Shown: positions 44,069 to 56,959, counted from the first letter of the stretch. The stretch: 64,000 nucleotides of DNA from Strigamia acuminata (GCA_949358305.1 OX442314.1:16244001-16308000), one strand, 5' to 3'. A program made the numbers and translations. The notes: generated from the sequence alone by a model not told the origin.

Positions 44069-46505
44069 TTATTTTTTTATTAATAAAGGTGTTTTCTCAT
44101 CATCTCGTGGTATCTCTCTAATTTTATCAACATCTTCAAGTGATTGCGGCATGCTTCTATTAAACGTTTCTGGCAGAAACCAGACCACGGCGACAGCAAT
44201 CAATACTAATGTACCATATAGTGTTTGTGGAAGGGGTTCCCAAACGTGATTCTATCCAAACAAAAATTATTATTATTATATCAAAACTGTCACAGCAAAG
44301 AAAAAACTGACTAATGTATATAAAATTTGAGGTGAAAGAGTACTGCCGACGCGACTCGCCGTAGCATAAACACCTAGTCCTGTAGATCTGAGAATAATTA
44401 CACAATCAAATAAACACAATTCGAATACACGATTGTTTTATCATCAACATCAATTATTTGTAGCAAAATCAATCTAATCTAAATACTGTACCTCAAGAAA
44501 GTTGGTAATAATTCTGATGCGTATGTAGGGAGCATGCCTGCAATTGCGGATGTTACGTTTCTGCTTACTAAAGCCATTACTAATCCTAACACTTTTATTG
44601 CTTGATGCCAATTTTTAGAATAAAAAATTAAAATATTTCCACCAGCGCACAATAAGCCACTAGAAGTAAATAGTAGAATGAATATCCTGACACGGCCAAA
44701 CCTTGAACAAGAACAAAATAAATGAATACATACATTACAACAAATATATCGAGAGTACCAATTAAAAAGGCATAAACAAATTGCCAGAATAAATATCTGT
44801 AGAATACCGTTGATAAGGTAATTGGTATAAACATTTCCTTCTAATGCCGATATTGAGAACGATAATCCACTAGTAACCAGATGGTTTGTAAACCTAGGGA
44901 AAAACGGATTAACCGAGTTCGTTGGATTTACGTAAAATTTAAATCTACATCATGTACGAAATTGAAAGAGTGATTCTTGTTAGTGAAGAGTGACAAAATA
45001 AAATCCGATAATTTTGAATCGATGATTTTGATTGTTTGTTTAGAAATACTTGAGCTTGATCTTTCAAATCTTCATCTAAGGTTTCAGAAATAGGCAGTTT
45101 GTTGACTTTAGCAAATTTTTTTAGAATTGTTTTGGCTTTTTCTAATTTGTTTTTGCTTATTAACCACGTAACTGATTCTGGCAGAAACCTAAATTCATTT
45201 AATTGTTACATATTAGTCAAATTAAAATTAAAAATGAATAAAATGCAATAATTACCAGCTTGTAACAACACCGATTAGCAAAATTATCTCTTGAATAAAC
45301 AGGAGTGTTCTCCAGTTTTGAAGAAAATACATCAAATACCATTGCACTGGCAGCATAATTGTAGAATTAAATAAAATTATGTAAGATGTAATTGTTCTGA
45401 TCTTTCGCCGAAATAATTCCGACCTATATGTGGCCGCACTAGTCTGAATACCCTTCAATTAAAATTGTTAGTAAAGTAAAGTACATTGTTCACATTTTGA
45501 ACTTTTACTTGCGAAAAAATTCCGGATAGCAATCGGAGTATTAAGAAAGTTGTGTAATCCGGAGAAAAGGCACAACCTATAGTTACTAGAGACAGTAAAG
45601 GAAGGGCGACAACAATGATTGTTTTTCTTCTATATTTATCGGATAAAAAACCAAAAATTAAACTTCCCCATATTACACCCATGTAAGGCACGGTGAGGCC
45701 GAGACGAAAGAGATATTCACGGTCACAAACTAAATCAAACTGAATGAAATTGAAGAGAAAAAAAATTATTTCATGAAAACTAAAGTCTGTAACAAAATTA
45801 TAAGAACGGCTAATTTTTTTTTTTATAATTTAATTTTAGTGAAACATGGGGGTATTTATTTTTATGTACACATAAATAAGGTCGAATCAAAGTTACTCAA
45901 CATATTTTTCAACTATTTAACAATTAATTTTCCTATTTTGTGTTTTCGTGTTTGCTTTTTAATTACTCCGTACTTTCTTTGTACTTTTTACTCTTTTTGA
46001 GGTGCAAAGGTAAAAAGTTATACTGCACATGTATTTATAACGTATCTTTTGTACTTTGTTAGACTTCCAGATAATCATACGTACGGTAGATAAAAAATGT
46101 TATTGTCTCATGCCAAATACCTCATTTGATGGATACACCTCTCCGCGCAGCGTCTCGTACACCCAACCATTTGAGCATGGTATTTCTTGTTTACTCTGAT
46201 TTAACGGGTAAAAATAAGTTTTACATGACTCCTTAGTTACGTGTGATGAGTCGTAAGAGACATTGGCAGGTGTCTGTTATAAGAACCCAAAGACAAGCGT
46301 ATCACTAAATTTTATTTTGATGAAATAGTGACAGATATTACAGTACCTTGCAGTAATGGTTTGGAACGTACGATGATATAGTAGTAAACTGCTGTGTAAT
46401 CATCCATTGGAATGAAATAAAAATAACTATGACGCCATACAATAATTGACATTTACCAGGATCGCCGAATTCAGTGAGAAATTCATCTAAGTTTTTATGT
46501 CTCAT
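44069..46505 (-). CDS. SLC22-like transporter, copy H (near-identical to G; motif A Gly to Arg)
   Basis: MRHKNLDEFLTEFGDPG...DEKTPLLIKK*; introns nearly identical to copy G; SDKYRRK in place of SDKYGRK. Confidence 0.83.
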
Positions 46506-47161
46506 TGTCGATTCCAATCACGAATAAAATGAAGAAATTAAGCACTTTCTTGACAATCAGTTATGATAAGATACTTTTTTTATGTTAGCGATTAGATTTG
46601 GTTATATTCGTACCTGTTGTTTACTGTGTTGGTGGGGATAAATATTTAAATTATAAAATTATACACATGAAACACTTGTTTAAACATTACTAATTAATCC
46701 ACTTATAACGTGAATGGATCGACCATTCAGAAGACAGATGACAAAGAAATTATAGAGGTGTGAAGCATAGCGCTCGACCAAGTTAGCTTGAAGTTTGTAA
46801 CCCTGTTACATTTACGACGGTAGCAACATTAGGTTAGCAATTAAGGTTGAATTGTCTTAGGAAGTAGTAGCAAGTTTGGTGGTTTAAATGTGTTTTTAGT
46901 GCGTCTTATTTCAGCAGTAGAGATATCTTCAAAATCAACAAAACTGAACAGGGCAAACTCACATCAGATTGAGAAGTCAAGGGTCAAATTATTATTTAGG
47001 GACTGCTTAAATTATTTGGGAAATTATAAAACATTTTAATGGTGTTGGAGCTGTTAGATGACAAAGGAAACAAAAACGTTTTGCTAATGAAAATGTTACA
47101 AAATATATCAATACAATTTATTACAGAATCTAATTCGTAATCATCGTGGTTAGAAAAATTA

Positions 47162-49603
47162 TTACTTCATTAATAAAGGTGTTTTCTCATTATCTCGTGA
47201 TTTTTTTCGAATTTTATCAACATCTTCAAGTGATTGTGGCATGCTTTTGCTAAATGTTTCTGGTAGAAAGCAGATCACGCCGATAGCAATCAACATTAAC
47301 GAACCATATAATGTTTGAGGAAGGGGTTCCCATACATGATTCTTTAAAAAAAAAAACATAATTATTGTTGAGTCGGAACTGCCACGGCATATATTAAAAC
47401 TAACCAACGTATATAAAACTTGCGGTGTGAGAATACTGCCTAAACAACCTGCCGTGGCATAAACACCTATTCCTGTGGATCTGAAAATAATTACACAACC
47501 AAATTTGAATACACCACTATTTTAGAATCAATTATTTGCATCAATAGAATCAAAATACCTCAAGAAAGTTGGTAATAGTTCTGATGCATATGTAGGGATC
47601 ATGCCTGCAATTGCGGACGTCAAGTTTCTGCTTACTAAAGCCATAAGTAATGCTAACACTTGTATCGCTTGCTGCCAATTTTTAGAATAAAAAATTAAAA
47701 TATATCCGCCTGCACACAATAAGCCACAAGAAGTAAACAGTAGAATTAATATTCTGACACGGCCAAACCTTGAACAAGAATAAAGTAGTGAATGAATATT
47801 TACTTTAAAAAATATCTTGAGCGTACCAATTAAATAGGCCTAAGCAAATAGCCAGAATAAATATCTGTAGAATACCATTGGTAAGGTAATTGGTATAAAC
47901 ATTTCCTTCTAATCCCGCGATTGAGAACGATAATCCACTAATAACTAAATTGTTTGTAAACCTATGGAAGGAAAGGATTTACTTGTTATCATTTATCTTC
48001 GTTGAATTTATGAATGATTTAAATCTACGTCATGTATATAATTGAAAGACTGATTCTTGTTAGTGAAGAGTGACAAAATAAAATCCGATAATTTTGAATC
48101 GATGATTTTGATTGTTTGTTTAGAAATACTTGAGCTTGATCTTTCAAATCTTCATCTAATGTTTCAGAAATGGGCAGCTTGTTGACTTTAGCAAATTTTT
48201 GCAAAATTGTTTTGGCTTTTTCTAATTTGTTTTTGCTAATTAACCACGTGACTGATTCTGGCAGAAACCTAAATTCATTTAATTGTTATTTATTAGCCAA
48301 ATTAAAATTAAAAATGAATAAATTGCAATAATTACCAGGTTGTAACAACACCGATTAGCAAAATCATTCCCTGAATAAATATAAGTGTTCTCCAGTTCAG
48401 GAAAAAGAACATTAAATACATTTGCACGGGCAGCGTAATAGTCGAATTAAATAAAACGATGTATGATACAATTGTTCTGATCTTTCGCCGAAATAATTCT
48501 GAATTATACGTGGCTGCAATAGTCTGAGCACCCTTCAATTAAAATTGTTAAAACAGTCAAGTGTTCATTGATGTTTTCAAATTTTAAATTTTTACCTGCG
48601 CAAAAAATCCAGATAAAAATCGGAATATTATAAAAGTTGTAAAGTTAGGAGAAAAGGCACAGCTTATAATTACTACGGTTAGTAAAGGAAGGATGAAAAC
48701 AATCATTCTTTTTCTTCCATATTTATCGGATAAAAAACCACATACTATGCTGCCCAGCATTACACCAATGTAAGGCACAGTAAGGGTTAGGCGAAAGAGA
48801 TATTCACGGTCACACACTAAATCAAACTGATAGAAAATGAAAACAATTAAATTTCTGTATGATGCACATTGAACACAGAATAGTTAAGTGTGTGCAAAAA
48901 TACATACGGTAATTATAATTATTTATACACGGTTTACAGATAAATAATTTTGTTTTTAAATGCTACAGTAATAACAAGTGCAATGCATACGCCAAAATTA
49001 GCATATTTTTTGTTTACTTTCTTGTTGAAATCTGCCAATTTTTTTTCGTAATTACTTTTTATACATTGCTCTTTTAAGTACATTGCTCTTTTAAGATAAT
49101 GATGACATTCACAAAACAGTACAGCACGTGTACTTATGAATTATTTTTTGCACATGACTGGCTTCTAGATAATTATACATATTGATCAATTAAAACTTTA
49201 TAGGCTCTTGCCAAATACCTCATTCGATGGATACACTTCTCCTCGCAGCGTCTTGTACACCCAACCGTTTGGGCATGGAATTTCTTGTTTACTCTGATTT
49301 AACGAGTAAAAATACGTTTTACATGAATCCTTGGTTATGTATGATGAGTCGTAAGAGACATTCTTAGGTATCTATTACAAGTATCCAAAGAAAACCGTAC
49401 CACTAAATTTTATTTTGATGAAGTAGTGACAGATATTACAGTACCTTGCAGTAATGGTCTGGAACATAAGATGATATAGTTGTAAACTGTTGTACAATCA
49501 TCCATTGAAATGAAATAAAAATGACTATGACGCCATACAACGATTGACATTTACCAGGACTTCCGAATTCAGTCAGAAATTCATCTAAATTCTTTCGTGT
49601 CAT
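47162..49603 (-). CDS. SLC22-like transporter, copy I
   Basis: MTRKNLDEFLTEFGSPG...NEKTPLLMK*; 9 exons, all motifs present. Confidence 0.88.
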
Positions 49604-50530
49604 TATTAATTCAGGACACTTGAAATGAAAACGACCAGGCACGCTGTGATAATCTGTATGATAAGATATTTTATTGATGTTATCAATTCGAGTTGTTTGT
49701 ATACCGGTACGTGTGTTTTCGTTTATTTTATTATGTGTTTTATTTCGATTAAGTGTTTTATTTCGTTTGTGTTTTTTTTAGATTGAGTTTTGTGATTTAT
49801 TTCATTTTATATTGTTTGACGGCCGTTTTAAGTACCCTATTGTTTGCAAATTGTGCGCCACCAAGGTCCCTGCTGACCGGAAATGGGCTCCAAATATGTG
49901 TAAAATTTCATGTAAATCCGCCTGTTTGCCACGAAGTAAAATTGTTGTTATATTAACCATAACCATCGCCTTTTCACTTGCAACAATACCCATCGCTGCG
50001 ACGCCGGATTTATTTGCCACTCGCAAAATACTACGTTCTTGTTATTTGCCGTGTTGGGGTCAACGTTTTTTTTTATTATAAAATTATACATTATTTAAAC
50101 GATTTTTGTAAAATGTTACTGCGTAATTACTAATTAATCCATTACAACCTACTATTCCGAATGTACAGCACAAAGAATAGTCTATAACTTTCTAATTCAT
50201 ATTTTTTCTGTAATACCGGAGGTTATTTTTCGAGTAACCATTAAAATTTTTAAATTTTGAGTACTTTTGAAGTTATTGCTAAACAAATGTACAAACAAAT
50301 GTGAGCTGCTTATCTGTCTTCTATTTACTTTACTGTACTTTAGTTTCTTACCGTTTTAAAGATAATTATAATCTACCAAACTTACTCTTAATTTTTATTT
50401 TGTAAAGATAATTATAATCTACCATACTTACCCTTTTAATTTTTATTTTGTATACTTTGTATACTTTGTATACTTTGTCGACTTGTCGATAAGCATAGAT
50501 AAAATGAACCTTGTTTTTCTCATTAACAAT

Positions 50531-50745
50531 ATCTCATTAGATGGATGGACTTCTCCTCGCAGCATTTGGCCATGGAAATTCTTGTTTACTCTGATTTAAA
50601 GAATAAAAATAAGTTGTTACATATGTCTTTTAGTTGTGTGTGATGAGTCGGCAAAGACAAATTTGAAGGCGTCCATTATACGAACTAAATATCGCGAAAT
50701 ATTAATATGGTTGAAGTAATGACAGGATGTAATGGTCTGTAAATA
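50531..50745 (-). pseudogene. Decayed SLC22-like exon 2 relic
   Basis: ctcattagatggatggacttctcctcgcagc...catggaaattcttgtttactctgattt...ttagttgtgtgtgatgagtcg aligns to exon 2 of C-I with deletions and a destroyed donor site. Confidence 0.75.
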
Positions 50746-51337
50746 TTCCCAAGCACAATAATATAAATTTACTTTGTCTTTCAGGAAAAAAATTTGTTAA
50801 ACATTCGACGGCACGTGTTTTAGGAACCAAAAGATATGTACTAAATGCCAACGTGTTGCTGTAATGCTCTGCTATTAGCTTCAATTACCATGCGTGCTGA
50901 ATTAAACCCAGGTGTACTTGTACAAAAGCCATTTTTAGAACCGACTTGTAATAATATATGCCGTTGAGAAAATTATGAAAGGAAAATAAACTATACTGTA
51001 TCTTTTCATTTTTGTGATACTTAAAGAAAATACAACACATTTCTACAAAAAGGTTTTTAGATTATAAAATTATATACTATAAACGATTTTTTTTAAATAT
51101 TACTAATTAATCCATTATGACCTGAACGAAAAAATACATTTTAAATTAAAAACAATTAATAATTTATGTGTGCTTGAAAGAATGAAGGGGATATAAATTA
51201 TGTAATGACATGACAAATGAACTTTTAGATTGAGAAGTAAAATAATATCCTGCACATCATATAAAAATAACTAAAATACCGACGTAAAAACAATAGATTA
51301 GTATTCGTATTATCAATTATTATACTTCAAACGTTTC

Positions 51338-53599
51338 CTAGTATTCGAAAGATTCTAAAAATTTATTATTTCTAAGTAATGGCCTTTCTTCATCATTTTT
51401 GATTTTCTTCGTTTTGCACATCATGTATTCTACATCTTCTACCGTACTTGGCATGCACCTATTCAATGTTTCTGGAAGTATGCACAGCACACCTACAGCT
51501 ATCATTTGCCAAATACCATACAATGTTTGCGGCAAAGGTTGCCAAATTTGATTCTGAAAAACACAAACGTGGAAAAATTTAGAAATGTGTATTTGTTGTT
51601 ACATTTACGGGTTTGTAATAAATTAAAAATAGTTATGTACCAAACTATATAAAATTTCTGGAGTGACAGTACTTCCTAAACGATAAATTGTAAAACAGAT
51701 TCCTAACCCCGAAGATCTGCAAAATTAAAAATTACAATTGTTTTATCTCAATAATTTGCGAGTACCCAAACACATTTAGAAGTCATGTATTTTACCTTAA
51801 AAAAGTTGGTAAAAGTTCCGATATGTATGTAGAAATCATCGAAGTACAGGCATATGCTAAATTTCGACTTATAAAAGCCATGTAAATTGCTATCGTCTGC
51901 AGTGTGTACATATTTGGAGTATAATGCAACATATTAAATCCCACAGAACATAAAATCCCGCTTGAGAAAAACAGCGTAATTAAAATTTTGACACGACCAA
52001 ATCTAAAAAAAAAAATATGGTTCGATGAAGCACAATTTTAAAAAAAGGTATAATGGCGAAGAATACTACCTAGTGAATAATATTAAAAATATAGACATAA
52101 TTACAAGTTGAATTCCAGCATTGATTAAGTAATTGTTGTACACATTTCCTTTCAGTGCTGATAGGGAGAATGATAATCCATTATTAACAGCTGCATTTAT
52201 AAACCTGGAATGTTAAGAATCTTTATATGTAATGCTTGCATAACTATGGATGCGAGAAACCATACATGAGGTACATTGCTGAAAACATTATCTTTCTCAG
52301 TGTGGGGTTAGAAAACAATTTTTTTGTACTAGCAAAACCCGATGATGCTGAATATCTGTGTTGCATATCTTGTATTTGCTCTTCTATATCTTGATGAATC
52401 GTTGGGGAAATCGAAATCTTATTATATTCGCAAAATTTTGTTAGAACTTTTTCCGTTTCGTTTAATTTAGATTTGCTCATCAACCACGTGACTGATTCTG
52501 GAAGAAACCTAAAAAAAAAGATTTAATAAACAAATAACACTTTTATAGTTTTATAAAAATAAATTTCTTACCAAATTGCTACGCAGCACATTGAAAGCGA
52601 TATTCCTTGTATCAATAAAAGTGTTCTCCAACTTAAAAAGAAATATATAATGTACATCTGAACAGGCAACAAAATTGCTGCAGAGAAGCCGAACACGTAG
52701 CTGATTATAGTTCTTGTTTTTTTGCGAAATAATTCAGTTATGTATGTAACGCATATAGTTTGGAGACCCTAAGAAAATAATTATATAAACTTTTTTTTTT
52801 TTAGTTTCATTTATAATACTTGTGTTCCAATTCCTAAAAAAAATCTGATGACGATAAACCATTTTAAGTTGGGAGCGAATGAACAGGCAAATGTCAAAAC
52901 GCAAATTGCTGGCAAAATGAAATTTAGGCTCTTTTTCCGGCCATACTTGTCGGATAAGTAACCAAACAATAGCCCGCCAATCATTACTCCAACGTAGGGA
53001 ATCGTGAGTGCAAACCGAAAAAGGTGTTGACGATGGCAAACTAAATCGAACTGAATATAAAAACAAATTAAAATATGAGTAAATTGGCAACATAAATTAA
53101 AAATAAAAAAATAGACAAATTACTGAAATAAAATGAGAAAAATGGAGACTTTCTGCAGAACGCACTTTGTCCAATAGATGTGTTAAATAACTTAGTGAAA
53201 CTATGTCAGATTAGATTTTTCTTGCCTCATTTGATGGATAAACTTCTCCTTTCAATGTTGCGTAATCCCATCCATCTGGACAATTGACAACTTCATGTAC
53301 GTCTGTAATAAAATTGCTTCTGGAAACGCTGCATTTGCTTATATTGACGGTAGTAAAATTATCGGCTTGCAGGCTCGGATACTGAAAAACACATTTTAAT
53401 AGGTCACTCCGTTTTGACTTTAGACTTTGTTCAAATTAACCTTGCAATGATGCTCTGGTATATAAGTCATGACGATATTGAACCCTTGAAGCATAGCCCA
53501 CTGCATCATGATAAAAATAATTATTAAACTGTATAAAAGTTGACAACGACCTGGATCCCCATATTCGGAGAGAAAGTCATCTAAATTTTTGCGTGCCAT
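51338..53599 (-). CDS. SLC22-like transporter, copy J (divergent, closer to A)
   Basis: MARKNLDDFLSEYGDPGRCQ; CPDGWDY...PSNE|FDLVCHR; SDKYGRK; PESVTWL; SELLPTFLR; LPETL; ends DEERPLLRNNKFLESFEY*. Intron 2 donor is GC. Confidence 0.86.
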
Positions 53600-54362
53600 C
53601 TCTGTGTAGCTTTTAGTTTAAAGTGTGTAATAAGACTGCAAGTGATTTCATCTACGAATCCGGCTAGAGTGATGGAAAAGTTTTTGCGATAAGATATATT
53701 GAGGTGAATGGGGGTTGCGTCGTAGGTGAAACCAAAGTACAATCGAAAAATATTGGAATATCCCTAATATATTCACGGTAAAGTTGTGAGAATAAATTAG
53801 GCAGCTGTTTGCAATTCGCTGGATATTCTCGACGTCCATGACGAAGACGAGCGAGGATATACAAATTATGACGTCACACGATAGTGTTGATTAATATTAT
53901 TGTGACGTGACATCAGCATGTCAATTGTAAGATGAAACAATTGTTTCATCACAAGCAAAATGCCTCCCATTCCGTAATTTCCTTCAAAATTAAACATTTG
54001 AAACATGGGATTTTTTGATAGATCAAAAAAACGAAAACGCGTTAAGACAAGTTTTGCGTGCAAAATTGTAGTATAATCATGCGTTTCTTAAATTAGCATA
54101 CTTTTACCTGATATTTTTATTCTTTTTCAAGTTTCTTAGGCTTCTTTTACCAGGCCCAAACGAAAGCAATGTAAAATTAGTTCAATATTTGCACAGCATT
54201 TTCAAATAAACTGTTATAGAAAATAACAGTAATAAGGTATTTTTAATCTAACATATTCGGATGGTTAACATTTAAGCAGTTTAATTGTTACGAAATTTCA
54301 GTGAAAAGCCCAGCATAAAAATAGAACATTTTTTTTCTTGAAAATTATAAAAATTGTAAAAA

Positions 54363-54722
54363 ACGAATTGTCATCATTCCTGTTGTCAAGGTCAGGCAAA
54401 ATTTGATTGTGACAGTCGCCAAGAATGTCCGCCGATTTGCTGTAATTCATGTGGTTGCAAACCAGAATGCGCGCCATCGTAAGCAATACAGCATCAATTT
54501 GTTTGTTATCAAATGTATCGGTAATTTTGTTTGTACTGCAGCAATTTTCAGAGGAAGGAGGAAACAGTTGTAGCTTGTCAACATTACTTTGGAGTAATAA
54601 GCGTGATTCTACTTTTGGTCATTGCGGGTCTAATTCTGTACAATATGAGTCAGAAAAGGCGGCGGCGTTCTTCAAGATCGAAAAAAAAAGAGAAAAGGAA
54701 ACATTCAAAAAAAGGGAAGTGA
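54363..54722 (+). CDS. Candidate small Cys-rich single-pass membrane protein (two exons seen; 5' end unresolved)
   Basis: Splicing a 63-nt gtaagc...ctgcag intron (54479-54541) joins TNCHHSCCQGQAKFDCDSRQECPPICCNSCGCKPECAPS in frame to NFQRKEETVVACQHYFGVISVILLLVIAGLILYNMSQKRRRRSSRSKKKEKRKHSKKGK*. No in-frame ATG found. Confidence 0.45.
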
Positions 54723-55411
54723 ATCCGGGCGATTGATATTTCTTAAAAGTTGATTGATTTTAAGAATTTGTTTTTTTTTTATTTGGAATAATTTTTATTT
54801 TTATTTTTTATTTGGCGTTTGTGCTCTTACTTCCTGTAAAATTGGGCGGAATTTGATGAAATTAATTGTTAGAACTATTTAAACGTATTTAATTTAAAAA
54901 AAAAAAAAACGTAAAAAGCAATATGAAAAAGACAAAAATATGTGAAACCTCACTCATATAGAACCATCACATATTGAGTAATAAAAAATGCTAAAACAAA
55001 ATAATCGTTTCGAATAATTGTAGTCAATGCACGTGTCGTTATATTGGTTTCCCTAACAACTAAATAAACACAACTAGACCAAACAGTCGACAAGAAAAAA
55101 TTAAGCGGATTTAAAAGCTTTACGTTAGCTTTTACACTCGGCCATTATGACCATAAAAATTTAGAGTGAAATGGACAATAAAAAAAGAGCAAGCTATTTA
55201 AATGAAGAGAATCCGACCTAAACGTAAAATAATATAAAATCTCACCATTATCTCTAAATTTATTCTTTTATTTTTTTTTTATTCGCAAAGAAAAGAATAA
55301 ACGATCATGCACATGTTGTGTACAATTTTTGATTTAATTTTCGACATAAGGTAATTAAAGCTTTTCTTTTAAAAGGTTTAATCGAATAATGACGACTTTT
55401 AAATTTACCAG

Positions 55412-55834
55412 ATGCATGTGCCTCTTGCTATTCGTTGGGCTTGCAGCCTCTCCATCGGCACGGTCATTCTCCTCTTTTTTTTTGTCATAATATCTTGGGT
55501 ACTGATGGCAGTTAACAATTTATACATGCATTCAAGATTAAGAAGGTTATGGCAAACTCCAACTGTCCTCCATGTAGTCACAGAAGAGAAGTCTTGTGAT
55601 AATATACCGGTGGTTTTAATTCAACCTGATATGGAATCGTCATCAGTTTCTGACGAAAATGTCACTGCGACCGAACAAGGCAGTGAATATTATGAAGCCG
55701 GAGACGCGGGTTGCGATGCAAACAAAGATGAGAGACTTTTAATTATGATACCCGATGAAAACATTCCACTTCGCGAGGTTGATTCACCGTCTTGGAGAAA
55801 TCGAGAAAATATTGCGGTACTGGCAGAAAAATGA
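55412..55834 (+). CDS. Orphan 140-aa single-pass membrane protein with an acidic cytoplasmic tail
   Basis: Open ORF with coding-like composition; hydrophobic stretch IGTVILLFFFVIISWVLMAV followed by basic SRLRR. The ATG directly follows a ccag acceptor of a probable 5'UTR intron (55351-55411). Confidence 0.55.
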   Translation: MHVPLAIRWACSLSIGTVILLFFFVIISWVLMAVNNLYMHSRLRRLWQTPTVLHVVTEEKSCDNIPVVLIQPDMESSSVSDENVTATEQGSEYYEAGDAGCDANKDERLLIMIPDENIPLREVDSPSWRNRENIAVLAEK

Positions 55835-56959
55835 TGGAGAAATTTAAAGCAATTAACTGAGATGATGAGCATTTAGTAATGTGTTTTGAAAAGCTGGCGT
55901 CAGTCAGTTATTTGTAGCAATTAATTGACTGCAGTGAAATTGCAAGATTTAACAAGGATTGCTCAGATTTATCCAATTAATTTTGCATCCGAGTATGACG
56001 TTATAAGCAGTATAAAATATCTTCTCGTTTTTCAGGTGAATTCGCGTAGGATTGTCAAACCTCAATTTCCTATGGAAAAATTGAAGTGTGCTGGTGAAAT
56101 ACATTCGGTTTAATATAAGTTTGTTGCTTAATTTTAAAACAGAAAAGTTTAAAATATTTAAGGTATGGGTTTAATTTTTCTTTATTTATTTTAGAAATTG
56201 AATTGATTCGTTTTTCTTTGGATTCGTTTTTAGAATGGCCCAAGTCTTTGTGGTTTACTGTTCACTTTTAATTGTGTTGTTGGTGAGCATTGTAATTAAG
56301 GCTACGGATGACATTTAAACCTGTCGTGACGATTACGACAGCTGAAAGAAAAGTTGCAGTTTTCTCAATTACAATTTTCGTTCGTTCGATGGTTCTTGTA
56401 TATTGGGTTGTATCGACGATTTCATTTCTTGCTTGCCGGATGTAAGAAGTTTAAAAACAAACACTATCGATTCTATCAAATAATTTTGATTATAATTATA
56501 AATAATGCAAACGAAAAAGAAGAAAAATATGTATTTCTATATAAGAAAAGAATTTATTATAATAAATAAATAAAAATTGAAATCTGAAATCTTGTTGTTC
56601 TATTATTTATTTCATAGATCAATACTGACTCAAGATTTTAGCAAAAACAAAAATTCCTTCTGCTGCAAACAAAAAAAATTAAAGTAAATAGCATAAAGAG
56701 CTTCGCTGTAAAGCTGCAACCAAAATTAATTTCTCCAGTTAAATTACTGAACATCTTTAAAAACATGTGTGCAATTAAAAGAAAAATTAAAACCATGACG
56801 TAAAATAAAATTTTTAATTGCTTTTTATTTATTATATAAAATGCACGCAAACAAGTGAAACCTCATCATTTGGTGTTTATTTCAGCAAGAGGGAAATATC
56901 AGGTTTGAAGGTTAACTTATTGGATATAAACCACCACATAATTACTATTTTTTTGTAGG

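Noticed and set aside
49710..50081. Cys-containing ORFs upstream of copy I
   Set aside because: They lie in a ~0.3-kb segment absent from paralogous upstream regions (likely a repeat fragment), with non-ATG starts and no recognisable domain.
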